Positions 44,301 through 56,587 are shown, counted from the stretch's first letter. The stretch: 64,000 nt of DNA from Eledone cirrhosa (GCA_964016885.1 OZ024740.1:36394001-36458000), one strand, 5' to 3'. A program made the numbers and translations. The notes: a model not told the origin generated them from the sequence alone.

Positions 44301-46400
44301 TGTGGAGAGTGAAACTACACAGTGTGGAGAGTCAAACTACATACTGTGGAGAGTGAAACTATATACTGTGGAGAGTGAAATTACATACTGTGGAGAGTGA
44401 AACTACATACTATGGATGTGAAACTACATGCTGTAGAGAGTGAAACTAGATCCTGTGGAGAGTGAAACTACATACTATGGAGAGTGAAACTAAATAATAT
44501 GGAGAGTCAAACTACATGCTGTGGAGAGTAAAACTACATACTGTGGAGAGTGCAAATACATACTCTGGAGAGTGAAACTACATACTATGAAGAGTAAAAC
44601 TACACATTGTTGAGAGTCAGACATACCAACTATGGAAAGTGAAACTACATACTGTGGAGAGTGTAACTACATACTGTGGAGAGTGAAACTACATACTGCG
44701 GAGAGTGCAATTACATACTGTAGAGAGTGAAACTACATACTGTGGAGAGGGGAACTACATACTGTGGAGAGTGAAATTATATATTGTGTAGAGTGAAACT
44801 ACATACTGTGGAGAGTGCAATAACATAGTATGGAGAGTAATACTACATACAGTGGAGAGGGAAAGTACATTCTGTGGAGAGTGAAACTAAATACTATGAA
44901 GAGTGAAACTACATACTGTTGAGAGTGCAAATACATACTGTAAAGAATGAAACTACATACTGTGGAGAGAGAAACTACATACTGTGGAGGGTGAAACTAC
45001 ATACTGTAGAGAGTGCAATTATATACTGTGGAGAGTGAAACTACATACTGTGGAGTGTCAAGCTACATACTGTGTAGTGTAAAACTACATAGTTTGGAGA
45101 GTCAAACTACATACTGTGGAGAGTAAAACTACATAGTTTGGAGAGTCAAACTACATACTGTTGAGAGTAAAACTACATACTCTGGAGAGTGAAATTACAT
45201 ACAATGGAGGGTGAAACTTCATATAATGGAGAGTGAAACTATATACAGTGGAGAGTGAAACTAAAAACTGTGGAGAATACAATTACATACTGTGGGGAGT
45301 GAAACTACATACTGTGGAGAGTGAAACTACATACTGTGGAGAGTGAAACTACATGCTGTGGAGAGTGAAACTACATACTGTGGAGAGTGAAACTACATAT
45401 GGTGGAGAGTGAAATTACATACTGTGGAGAGTAAAACTAGATACTATGGAGAGTGCAAATACATACTGTGGAGAGTGAAACTCGATACTGTGGGGAGTAA
45501 AACTACATACTGTGGAGAGGGAAACTACATACTGTGGAGAGTGAAACTACATACTGTGGACAGTGAAACTGCATACTGTGGAAAGTGAAACTACATACGA
45601 TGGAGAGTCAAACTACATACTGTGGAGAGTGAAATTACATACTATGGAGAGTGAAACTACATACTGTGTAGAGTGATACTACATAGTGTGGAGAGTGAAA
45701 CTACATAGTGTGGAGAGTGAAACTGCATACTGTGGAGAATGCAATTACATACTGTGGAGAGTGAAACTACATACTCTGGAGAGTGAAACTACATTGTGTG
45801 GAGAGTGAAACTACATACTATGGAGAGTGCAATTATATACTGTGGCGAGTGAAACTACATACTGTGGAGAGTGCAATTATATACTGTGGCGAGTGAAACT
45901 ACATACTGTGGAGAGTGAAACTACATACTGTGGAGAGTGAAACTACATACTGTGGAGAGTGAAACTACATACTAGGGAGAGTGAAACTACATACTGTGGA
46001 GAGTCAAAGTACATACTATGGATGGGCAAATTACATAGTGTGGAGTGTGAAACTACATACTGTGGAGAGTGAAACTACATACTGTGGAGAGAGGAACTAC
46101 ACACTGTAGAGAGTGAAACTACTTTGTGTGGAGAGTGAAACTACATACTTTGGAGAGTGAAATTATATACTGTGGCGAGTGAAACTACATACTGTGGAGA
46201 GTGCAATTATATACTGTGGCGAGTGAAACTACATACTGTGGAGAGTGAAACTACATACTGTGGAGAGTGAAACTACATACTGTGGAGAGTGAAACTACAT
46301 ACTATGGAGAGTGAAACTACATACTGTGGAGAGTCAAACTACATACTATGGAGGGGCAAATTACATAGTGTGGAGTGTGAAACTACATACTGTGGAGAGT
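41400..46400. repeat. 2441-bp higher-order repeat (111 monomers), two copies
   Basis: gagagtcagacatacc at 42171/44612; duplicated ORFs at 41429 and 43870. Confidence 0.9.
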
Positions 46401-47920
46401 GAAACTACATACTGTGGAGAGAGGAACTACACACTGTAGAGAGTGAAACTACAAACTGCTGAGTGTCAAACTATAAACTGCTGAGTGTCAAACTACAAAC
46501 GGCTGAGTGTCAAACTATAAACTGCTGAGTGTCAAACTACAAACTGCGGAGTGTCAAACTGTAAACTACGGAGTGTCAAACTGTAAACTACGGAGTGTCT
46601 AACTATAAACTGCGGAGAGTTACTCGCCTTGTAGGTTCGGTATGTTTTTAATAATACAAACGGTATGTTATGTGTCCCATTTCATTTTGAAATTAATATT
46701 CGGAAAGAGGTGAAGAGCATATTTATTTCATTTTCTTATCCATTCACAGCATCTAGAGAATAGTCAACTATACATGACGTAAGAGTCTCGGTTGTAAAAA
46801 GCGGTGAAATGACCGATGATATGCAGAAACAGCACTGTTTTGTTATGATAATAATAGAACACAGCAATAACAGTTATGCAATAGCAAGAAAAGTAATATT
46901 TGCAACAGTAATGATTGCAGCCAGAAATATTGTCTGTAGCAACTGCAATAACAGTCAGTAGCAGCAAAAAGCAAGGCAGTTAGAAAGCAAACAAAGTCAA
47001 ACAAAGAAATTACAAGTAAAGCAGGTGTTTCTGATGAGCTTCGGGGTATATGTGTGTGTGGTATACAACTAGCTAGTTCCAAGAAGCACAGGCTAGGTAG
47101 AATAAAGAGACCGTATATTTATAGAGATTAAAATGTTTTGGTGAATGAATATTTGCTAATAAATCAGAGAGCTTTGTTGTTTAATGAGGTGAAAAATAAT
47201 TTCATAGGCACCAACTGAATTGTGAGTTTTGCATGTGTCTTGCAGAAAGTCAGATAATGATCAGAACTTCAGTATTTTCTAGACTTAAAGTAGAAGGCTA
47301 TGTTATGCGTATGAGGCTGCTAGCAAAGATTAGAAGAGAGACATAGCATTTGTACTAATTTGAAAGTTTAGATTTTAGTGCGTGTTGTCAAAACCTATAG
47401 ATACGAGCAGTTATTATGTCCTTTATATGTCCTCACTAGTGGATGTTTCCGAGATATCTGATCACTGAGATCAGTGCAGAGTTGGTGTCTGCTGTTTAGA
47501 ATGTTCTGCAGAAAGCAAGGTCGGTATAGTTGCGATGGCTCCTGTGCTTCTAACATTGTATCGATCTAAATCCCCAGTATATTTCACTCTCGATATCATA
47601 ATTTGATCGGTTGAGTTGCTTTGATTGGCCGAGCGAGGTCCTGCTATTTTTAGTATCCTTCAGTCAAACTGCCCATACTGCAAATTGTTTAGCAATTTTA
47701 GTCGAACACGGGCGCGCGGCCAGTTCGGCTTCGTCTTTATCTAGACATGACGAAAATGTTTGGCTATTATTAGGACGACCTGTTGACAAAAGCCCAGTCA
47801 AGATTTGCTGATTATCAATTTCTAATACTTAGAGTTACCGAGTTTTTTTCACTGGTCGAAGCCATTACAATCCAGGTACTGAAATGTGTTTTTTTTTTAG
47901 CATTTACTTTGTTAAATTGT

Positions 47921-48051
<131 letters not shown>

Positions 48052-48502
48052 CTAGGAGTAATTATTGTTAAGATGACAGAAGCATGACGTTAATTTACAA
48101 AAGAAAGCGTGCTTGCAGACATAACTGGGAGTTGATTGACTTAAATTGTGCTGTCTACTTCCAGTTCAAGAAATGGTGTCCGACGTAACTGGACAGTTTA
48201 GTGTAGAGATTATTGTCGCAGATGATGTGAAAATCTTTACTGGTGTTAAGTTCAACATCATTTTTACTTTTGAAATAATTAGAGTAAGATAAGACTATGG
48301 ATGAACTAAATACTATTTAGCACCTACTACAAAGTTCTGCATTCAAATCACATACTGAATAATTTTATCTTCCACTCATTTGAGTTTGATTACATAATTA
48401 ACAGGTATGTAATAAGATCGATTTGATCCGTTTCACCCTTCTCACTGACAATGTACCAATGAAAAACAATCTACTATATTAGATCAACTGTATACCTACT
48501 TG

Positions 48503-48848
48503 CATCCATCCATCCATACATAACTGGCACTCGGTCGGCTATGACGAAGAGTGTCAGTTGATAGGATCAACAGATCAGCTTGCTCGTGAAATTAACGTGC
48601 AAGGGACTGATCATTCCACAGACACGCCTTCCCTTAACATAGTTCTCATGGAGATTCAGCATGACACAGAATATGACAAGGCCGGCTCTTTCGAATTACA
48701 GGTACAACATATTTTTAACAGCTGAGTGGACTGGAACAACATGAAATAAAGTGTCTTGCTCAAGGACACAACGTGCCGTCGAGAATCGAATTCACGACGT
48801 TATGATCGTGAGCCAAATATCCCTAACCACAAAGCTACGCGCCTTCAC
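48503..48848 (-). mobile_element. tRNA-derived SINE with CORE-like domain (octopus-type)
   Basis: The minus strand begins gaaggcgcg TAGCTTTGTGG (A box) ... GAATTCGATTC (B-box-like), followed by gtgtccttgagcaagacact (CORE-like); (ATGG)n tail. Confidence 0.85.
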
Positions 48849-48877
48849 ATACATACATATATACATACAAACAAACA

Positions 48878-51610
48878 TGATGATTGCTTCATCTTGCCGT
48901 CACAACATCAGTTCAACCCATCCAGCATGTTTAAACCCTCCAATGTGTACGGAAGTGACAATTCAATCCAGCAACTGTGGCTGTGGCACAAGTAAGAGAT
49001 ATATGCGAGTATTTGTACTAGGTTTATTGGACCAGGATGTGAAGTTTTATGTTGAACCTTCATGTGGCGTTTTAACTCTGAGCTCGTCTTATATATCTTG
49101 GCACAATTTGGAAAAGTTGTCACATCTGGAGGTGCAGGGAGTTTTGTAACATAGTTTGGTGAAATATTTCAATTATCTCCAAATGCTGATGCCTCACACC
49201 AATATAGAAAAAAAAACTGTAAACACGTTTTATACACAGTTTCTTTTACTCAATATTGTGCCCTTTTCTGAACACACCCTTTTCATCAAATCTCCTAATG
49301 TAGCACTTGCCTTCCGTACTCGAAGATGTATTTCTGCATGTACATTCCCGTCCATGAGTACTACACAGATACACAAAAGTATCCGCCACCGCCAACCTAG
49401 TCCCATCCACATATATATTTGGCACAACATAACATTCTCTTGCTTTTGGGGTGTACATTTCTTCGTCTTAGTTAAGCTTATAGTGAGCCCCCAAAAAAGC
49501 ACATATTTGAGAACATTTATTCTTCAAAGTAGATCATGAGGTTTGAAGATCCACAAAAGTTTCTGAGGACAGCGTAATTTACTAAGAATGATACATAAGG
49601 TTCTCTGGTGACTGTATTAAAAGCCTTAGTCAAGTCGATAAAAATTTGATACAAAGGCACGTACTATTTTATGCATTTTTCCGGCAGCTGTTCAGCGGAG
49701 AAGTTCACATCTATTGTTCCTCTTCCTGTTCTGGAATCAGAGTGAATTTCAGAAAATATCAGTGGCCATATATATTTCTGAAAGGCAATTCAGCTTCAGC
49801 CTATATACTACCTTTCCAACAGAGCCCGGTATTGTGATCCCACAGAAGTTGTTGCAATTGGATTTTTGTCTTTTATCTTTGTAAATGGTGATCAAGATTT
49901 CATCATCTCAGTCTTGTGTTATTGGTTCTCCTTCCCAGCATTTTACGAGAAGCGCATGGATAGTTGATGATATGTGACCTCCTCCAGCTTTCAATAACTC
50001 AACTGCAATCCAATCTAACCTTGGTGATTTGCCAGAGTTTACCTGAGAGGTTACCATTCTGATTTGTTTGATAGTCAGTGGATTGTCCATTGATAATATC
50101 CTATCATGTTAAAGTAGACTCTCTATGACACAAAATTTGACAATAGAAGGATCGTGAAAAAGTCAGCGAAATGTTCTTTCCATCTCTTTATAATGTTCTC
50201 TGGGTCTTTATAGAAAACTGCACTATCTTTCGGTTGCACAGGTACAAGGGAAGATGACTGAGGACCAAATGATTGCCGTATAAGCCATAAAAGTTTTACC
50301 ATCCTTACTATTAAAGGCAGCATACACTTATTGAGATACATTTGACCACCAATCGTTTTTCATCCTTCTCAGATCACGTTGTGATGTGGTTTCGTATTCC
50401 TTATATATCTTCTCAGTAGCAGGTCGGGTTGAAGGATACTCGCCCAGTATCTTTTCATAGACTGTCTGTTTTCTTTTCCGTAAATGGCTGACAGTAGGGT
50501 CGTTATTATCAAACTAGTCTTTATGTTTTCACACTATAACGAAGTACATCTGCTCCTGTGGAATAATCTTTTTTCTCTTGCTCCATTCGTCTGGATAAGG
50601 TTTGACCAATACCAGACTGTGTCAGTTTACTAACATCAATACGATTTGGAATATTGACCAAAATCATACGGACCTTTTTACGGATATGTAATTTAAATTT
50701 CCCTTACACCAGTTTGTGATCCGTGTCACATTCTGCACTACGCATCACACGTGCATTACACACTCCAGTGGGGTCAGATTTACGAATGGTGATAAAATCA
50801 ATCATGTGTGTGCCCATGTTTTGATCTCAGACGAGTCCATCTAATTTTGTGTTTAAGTTTGTGTCTGAAGAAAGTGTTGGAAATCGTCAAATTGATTTCT
50901 GAGAAACGTTCAGGTAGCTTCAGACTGTTTTCATTCACTTCACCAATGCCGTGCCGATCAAGAACATTCCAAGTCTTTCGGTCTTTGGCAACCTGTGCAT
51001 TGCAATCACCAAGAAGTATTAGTTTGTCATCATACGGTGTGAAAGAAATGGCTGTATGAAGGCTTTCAGAGAAAGTCATAGGTTTTTCAATAGCTTGAAG
51101 AGTTGGAGCATACACTGAAAAGTTTGTCGCTAAATGTCCACACAAGAGTGGAAGACATAGCTTCATGATGCAATCAGTAATGCTAGACGGACACAGTAAA
51201 TGTTTTGCCAATGGTGTTCTGATAGCAAAACCAACTCCACCTTCTTGAAGTTCGCCTTTAGATTTACCAACCAAGAAAATCGTATATCCTGATAATACTT
51301 CTGTCAACAGATCTTCACCTGACAGACACGTTTCTAAGAGAACTGCAATATATATATGCAGTCTCTGAAGTTCTTTAATTACAAGTTCAGTTCTTCTTTA
51401 TAGTCAGTTTGATGAATTCTGATCCAAAGTTTTCTAACATTCCAACAACAAAGGTTGAGCGTAGCTCGCTCTTTTGATATTAATTTAGCATGCCTATAAT
51501 CTTTTGTGCGCCTGCTGATATGAAGCACCGTTAGCTGCAAGGAACTAATCAGTCTTGATGTGACATGAAATGTCCAGTGCACCTTTTCTAGCACCTTCCC
51601 AACACGCAGG
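48878..51610 (-). mobile_element. Decayed RTE-clade LINE (APE endonuclease plus reverse transcriptase)
   Basis: Motifs LCCWNVRKL, GVGFAIR, SVYAPT, LLGDCNAQV, GKSPRLDWIAVELLKAGG, IDLTKAF and GLTISLTKTK, with a C-terminal C..K...LKRHMK..H. Many stops and frameshifts; the QG/YADD segment appears deleted near 49550. Confidence 0.9.
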
Positions 51611-51619
51611 GAACCCTCA

Positions 51620-52440
51620 CAGTTACAGACGTTTAAATTGATAGAAAAGCAATCTCATGATACTGAAGGATGTTTTTATTATTCCTCATTTTCTACTGTT
51701 GTGGAAAGCGTTGTAAGCTTAATTAAGTATGTGTTCCCCAATTTACAAATCCACCATTCCAAATAAGAGTCGCAGTGTGTAAGAGCAATCTTTGCCCCGC
51801 CAAACATCACAGTGAACGCTATCAACACAATCTCTCACAAATGATCCCTGGAGGTAGCCAGACCTATAAATCTATCGACAAAGTTGTCGACGAAGACGAT
51901 GCTCTTCATTATCCCGTTGAATTTATCAACAGTCTGGGACTGTCTGGTATGCTGCCACACAACCTTGAATTGAAGACAGACACAGTTACCAGACTTCTCA
52001 GAAACATGGATCAGCCAAGATTGGGCAACGGCACACGTATGGTTGTGACTACAGCCTCACATTATCGAAGCCAAAATTCTCACTGGATGTGATAAGGGGG
52101 TCCTCGAATTTATACCTAGAATGCCGCTAATACCAACAGATGTCCCCTATCGTTTCAAATGATTGCAATTCCCAGCGAGAGTCAGTTACGTAATGACTAT
52201 CAACATATCTCAAGGTCAAACACTGCAGGTTGTCGGTCTCCAATTGTATGTAAGTTATTCCAGACTAGGAAGACCCCACAAACTCCCCATATATATTCCA
52301 AAGAAAAAAATTAAAAACATTGTATATATACTGAAGTTTTGTAAATGTCTTATATTTTCGTGGAATAAATTTTTATATTATTTTCTTTATTAATTTCTGT
52401 ATTTAGATATTCACCTGTGTAGATGGGCTGATTTAGCTTG
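51620..52440 (+). mobile_element. Helitron 3' remnant (PIF1-like helicase C-terminus)
   Basis: YPVEFINSL..SGMLPHNLELK..LLRNMDQPRLGNGTRM, IPRMPLIPTD, QFPARVSYVMTINISQGQTL and QLYVSYSRLG, frameshifted. A degenerate hairpin and CTTG (CTAG-like) lie near 52414-52440. Confidence 0.9.
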
Positions 52441-52732
52441 AAAGTAGAATTTAAAGTTAGCTCCGACATATCTGTATTTCCTATATTAGGAATATGTTTT
52501 CCTGTAAACGATTATGTTGTTTATCAAACCTTATACAAAAGGGTATTTAATTTTACAGTTGGCTGGTCATTCTAGAAAGGCGCTCATTTTTTACAGTTCC
52601 TTTGTGCTTTACTGCTTGTTTAAGTTAAAAATTGTACTTTCTGTAAAAAAGAGAACTAATACAACCGTCACTGGCAATCGAATAGGACTTGGTAGTACGT
52701 ATTATGCATCGCTTAGAGTTTTAGATACTCAC

Positions 52733-52800
52733 GCAGTCGCGAGTAGACACCCTTTCGACTCTTCCATCTTTGATCCAACGGAAATTCCAGGATGTGATAG
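52733..52800 (-). CDS. Candidate 68-nt internal exon of an unidentified gene
   Basis: Minus strand ttgattttcttttttcag|...gactgc|gtgagt. All three frames are open (e.g. ITSWNFRWIKDGRVERVSTRDC); no homology recognised. Confidence 0.35.
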
Positions 52801-53055
52801 CTGAAAAAAGAAAATCAAGAAAAGAAATACAAACCGATATTGGGCAACTGCCAGACACCTAGACTGCTTTTGGTAGGCTGTCTCGCAATTTTAGTGAAGG
52901 GAATTACCAATTCTTTGCTCATCACTGGGTGTAGAATTAGTAAATCCTTCACTTCTAAGTATCTCAGAACACTAAATAGTGTACGTATATAATCTGGTCC
53001 CTTAGGATTTGAACACATATATGTTTATATTTGTGTTTATCTCTCTAATATATTC

Positions 53056-53109
<54 letters not shown>

Positions 53110-53113
<4 letters not shown>

Positions 53114-53886
53114 ATAATAATAAATTTGAAGACTAAAATCCAAAGAGGGTTCGATAAGGATAAATATATATCAAATATATAAGGACCGTAGAGAAAATAT
53201 TTATTAAAATAACAGATTAAAGTTTAAGCAAAGAATCGCTGCTTTCACCCTTAACGGGATCTGATCTTCTGAAACTAACAAAGTCAATCTGTGAACGCAG
53301 AAGTAAATATTTCAAAAAACGTTGCAACCGGAGGAAGACAAGAAGACGATACATTGGTTCGTGGAAATGTTCCCTGGCAAAGAACGGGAAAAAAGGAATA
53401 TAATACGTCATTATTTGGAGCGGTGAAAAACAATTACACGCAAAGACGAAACCATGTTTATGGTATAAAAGAAGTCGTGGACTAATATTCTATTAGGTGG
53501 TTCATAGAGACGTTCTCTGGTAATGAACGGAAAAAACGAAGATAATACGTCATATGTGGAGCGGGGAGAACAATTGCACGAGAACGTCTCTATGAACCAC
53601 CTAATAGAATATTAGTCTACGACTTCTTTTATACCATAACATGGTTTTGTCTTTGCGTGTAATTGTTTTTCACCGCTCCTATTAATGACATATTATATTC
53701 GTTTTTTCCCGTTCTTTGCCAGGGAACGTTTCCACGAACCAAAGTATCGCTCTCCTATCTTCCTCCGATTGCAACGTTTTTTTAAATATTCACTTCTGCG
53801 TTCACAGATTGACTTTGTTAGTTTCAGAAGATCCCGTTAAGGGTGAAAGCAGCGATTCTTTGCTTAAACTTTAATCTGTTATTTTA

Positions 53887-53894
<8 letters not shown>
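53110..53894. mobile_element. Naiad-family pLTR fold-back (inverted arms 53197-53517 and 53580-53894)
   Basis: Arms of about 320 bp with a 62-bp spacer, homologous to 58301-58650, inserted in (TA)n. Confidence 0.9.
53820..53870 (+). ncRNA. Hammerhead-like motif with variant core CAGAAGA
   Basis: agttt CAGAAGA t ccc-gttaa-ggg t GAAA gca-gcgattctt-tgc TT aaact. The same core occurs on the minus strand at 53221-53276 and 58318-58368. Confidence 0.65.
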
Positions 53895-53924
<30 letters not shown>

Positions 53925-53927
<3 letters not shown>

Positions 53928-56268
53928 GCATATTCCTAAAGTACACTTTTGTGAAAAAAATAAATGAGCATGCTCTTTACAGATGAACTTTTACTAGAAA
54001 ATACTTGTGAGCACGTTAAAAAATATTAGAATTTTAAAAAACTCTTGCACAAGGTAGATACTTTAACATTGATTAACTAATATAGAATTGCATATACAAT
54101 ATACATGTGTATGTAATAAAAAATATAGTGTGCAATTTAACAGTTTATAAAATATAGTATTCTTCTTCAAATTGTTTAATGGATCAACTTTATTGCTTGT
54201 TCATCATTTTTTGTCAGTTTAATCTGTTCATAAAATTCATAAAATACATAAATAGAATAAATTAAAATTTGCAAGGTATATTTTAATATTTATAATTATA
54301 TTATATTAATATTATAAATTTCAAATGTATAAAAATCCAGTTGCTAAAGAGGAAAGTAAAAAGATTTGGGCACAAAATATTTGTCATTTTGAGAAGAGAA
54401 AGAAATCTAGGAAAACGAAAATTCAAAGTTCATTAATCGAATTATGGAAGTTACCTACTGAGCAACAGATCGTTGATAGATATATCACTCATGCTGCTGA
54501 AGAAAAAAATACCAAAAAAAGAATAAAGATAATTACTGGAGAATGTGAAAGTTTATGGGAAACGTTCAGCTTTCCAACTATCAACAAACTTTCAATACTT
54601 CGAAAAATTGAAAAAATAATAAAAGAAAAAGAAAAAGAAAAAGAAGTGAAAAGAACTGGCTCTGCGAATTTCAATAATCTGTTTGACATTACAAAAAGAT
54701 ATGGGATATGGTTAGCAGCCGAAGATTTGTCATTTTATGAAAAGCAAGTTGAGAGTTGTAGAAAGGTTGGGTATACTACAATGAAAATAGACAGTGAAAA
54801 GAAAATCCATCCTTTTAAGAGAATTAAAAACAAAAAAAAAAGAACTAGATCATGATAAGCCATCCTGCTCATACATTCATCTGGACTCAAATAAAAGTTA
54901 CAATGACACTGATACAAATACCCGCGATTACAAACCTTCACCTTCACTTGCACCAGAAAAAAAAACGAAAAAGAGAAAACACAGCTCATGCTGTTAACCT
55001 AGTAAGAAATACTAAATTACCTAGTAGAAAAGCAGCAGCAGTTTGCAACGAATTTAAAAGTGGTGGTATTAAGGTGAGCACCCCGAGTCAGTCGGTAGTG
55101 CACAAAGCAGTTATCAGAGAAGGTGAGAAACTCATGGAAAGGTGGAAAAATGAACTCAAAAGGGGAAAATGGAGCCTTCATTTTGATGGAAAACGAATGA
55201 GAGACGTAGAATATCAGGTTGTAGTGATGAAAAATGATGAGAAAGAAATACACCTGAGGCCGATGGCATTAACCGATTGAAAGGCTGTTACTATATTTAA
55301 TGGATTGAAAGAAGTTATTGACAAATATGAACTGTGGGAATCTATCGTGATGATAGTCTCCGACACAACTAGTGTCAATACCGGCAAAAAGGCAGGAGTT
55401 GTTGCCATGCTCAACAGTGAGTTCGCGCGGCGCAGTTTCAGTAAGCCATTATATGTTGGATGCCAACACCACATTTTAGACTGTGCATTGAAAGTTTATT
55501 TTGATCAACTATATAGTAGCAAAACAACTTCGCCAACTTTGTTGTGTCCATTTTAAAGAACTATGACGAACTGAAGCAGAACTTCTCAAATGGAACGACG
55601 GAAATTAATGAAACCCCGACGCGCTGGAGAAGTGACATGGATTTCCTTCAGCATCTCATGATAGCCGTGCAACATTTCTTTGAAAACGGTGCGTTTCCTA
55701 AAATAAATTTTAAGAAATTACCTAATTTGCACAATGTATTTGTTGCTTGGGTTTATTTTGATGCCTGATGAACGAGCGAAGCTGCGCGCTGGTGCCGAAT
55801 ACATCTGCGGAATGTGGGGAAAAATGTGGTTCTAAAGTCAACTGTATAAAGCTGACACCAAGCAGAAACTCATTGACCAACTAATTAAGGCCAAGTGTGA
55901 AAAGGCTGCAAATATCGTCAGAAAACTTTGGTCTAATGAAGAATCTCCAATTGTGACGCAACGCTCGAACATTTGCGCTGACCGATCTGTAAAAGTTGTG
56001 CAAAACTATTTTGTAAAAGTAGTAGAACCTTAGAGATTAAATTTTGTTTAACTAATAATTAAAATAAACTTTTTATTGTCATAATTTATTGTTTTAGGTA
56101 TTTATTTTATGGGAGTGGCTAATTACCAAAAGATTAAAAATATAATTTAGTATGTGCAAGAATTTTTTTCAAAATTTACAAAATAACTACTGTAATTCTT
56201 TCTTTATGACAAAAACCTCATTAGAAAATAGCATGCTCATATGGGGTTGTAAAAAGGTCATATGCCTA
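53925..56268 (+). mobile_element. hAT-superfamily DNA transposon with both termini
   Basis: TIRs TAGGCATAT...ATATGCCTA; flanks atatatat/atatttat (7/8 match, consistent with an 8-bp TSD); subterminal ATGAGCATGCT at both ends. Confidence 0.8.
54325..56060 (+). pseudogene. Disrupted hAT-like transposase
   Basis: LHFDGK, SDTTSVNTG, CQHHIL (CxxH) and NICADRSVK (position of the catalytic E) are spread over several frames, with stops (e.g. TGA at 55278). Confidence 0.8.
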
Positions 56269-56310
56269 ATATTTATATGTAGTAGTGTGCATATTGAGAA
56301 AAACCGATGT

Positions 56311-56516
56311 AGTTTCGTTTACATGTTTTTATCTTTTTATTGAGTATGGAACAGTTACACGTGTTTCGAAGATGGTTGGTTGGCTCAAGGTCACCGATGG
56401 AAGCAATGGACCCGACTTTGATCGTCACACTGGTCAGTCATTCTTTGTTGAATCACTGCGAAACGCGCGTAACAAATCAATACCCAATAAAAACACAAAA
56501 GCTTGTAAACGAAACT
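56311..56516 (+). mobile_element. PLE terminal fragment with relic hammerhead and inverted tail
   Basis: Arms 56311-56368 and 56459-56516; CCGATGG..gcaatgg/tcactgc GAAA cgcgcg TA ac. Confidence 0.55.
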
Positions 56517-56587
56517 TCCTCGTTTTTTCATTTATATATATATATATATCCCGCCCGTCCCCTCAATCTATCTTATTTCTCATTCTT

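Larger units (their letters stand above)
6342..46620. repeat. 40.3-kb tandem satellite array, 22-bp monomer GGAGAGTGAAACTACATACTGT, about 1,830 copies
   Basis: Continuous head-to-tail monomers in one orientation. Common variants are ctAtgg/ctCtgg, gtCaaa/gtAaaa and gtgCaaTt, with occasional 21- and 23-bp units. No non-satellite insertion was seen. Confidence 0.99.

Noticed and set aside
6342-46620. Satellite as a giant repetitive ORF (22-aa repeat VKLHTVESETTYCGE*NYILWR, with a CxxU-like TGA that is sometimes TGC)
   Set aside because: There is a stop every 66 nt on both strands, frequent TAA/TAG variants and no evident SECIS. The short ORFs are just runs where stops mutated.
6342-46620. CRISPR-like array or RAG-type recombination signals (CACAGTA on the minus strand)
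   Set aside because: No unique spacers, no cas genes and no nonamer; it is a plain tandem satellite.
46750-46778. Possible 29-nt + strand micro-exon (ttcacag|...|gtaaga)
   Set aside because: Such signals arise by chance in AT-rich DNA; there is no other support.
47611-47811. Short ORFs in GC-richer unique sequence
   Set aside because: No recognisable domain or clear splice boundaries.
48165-48245. Possible + strand exon (QEMVSDVTGQFSVEIIVADDVKIFTG)
   Set aside because: The acceptor is plausible but the donor is weak, and I recognise no homology; it cannot be supported without RNA data.
48770-48848. tRNA gene
   Set aside because: The A/B boxes belong to a SINE head; there is no cloverleaf.
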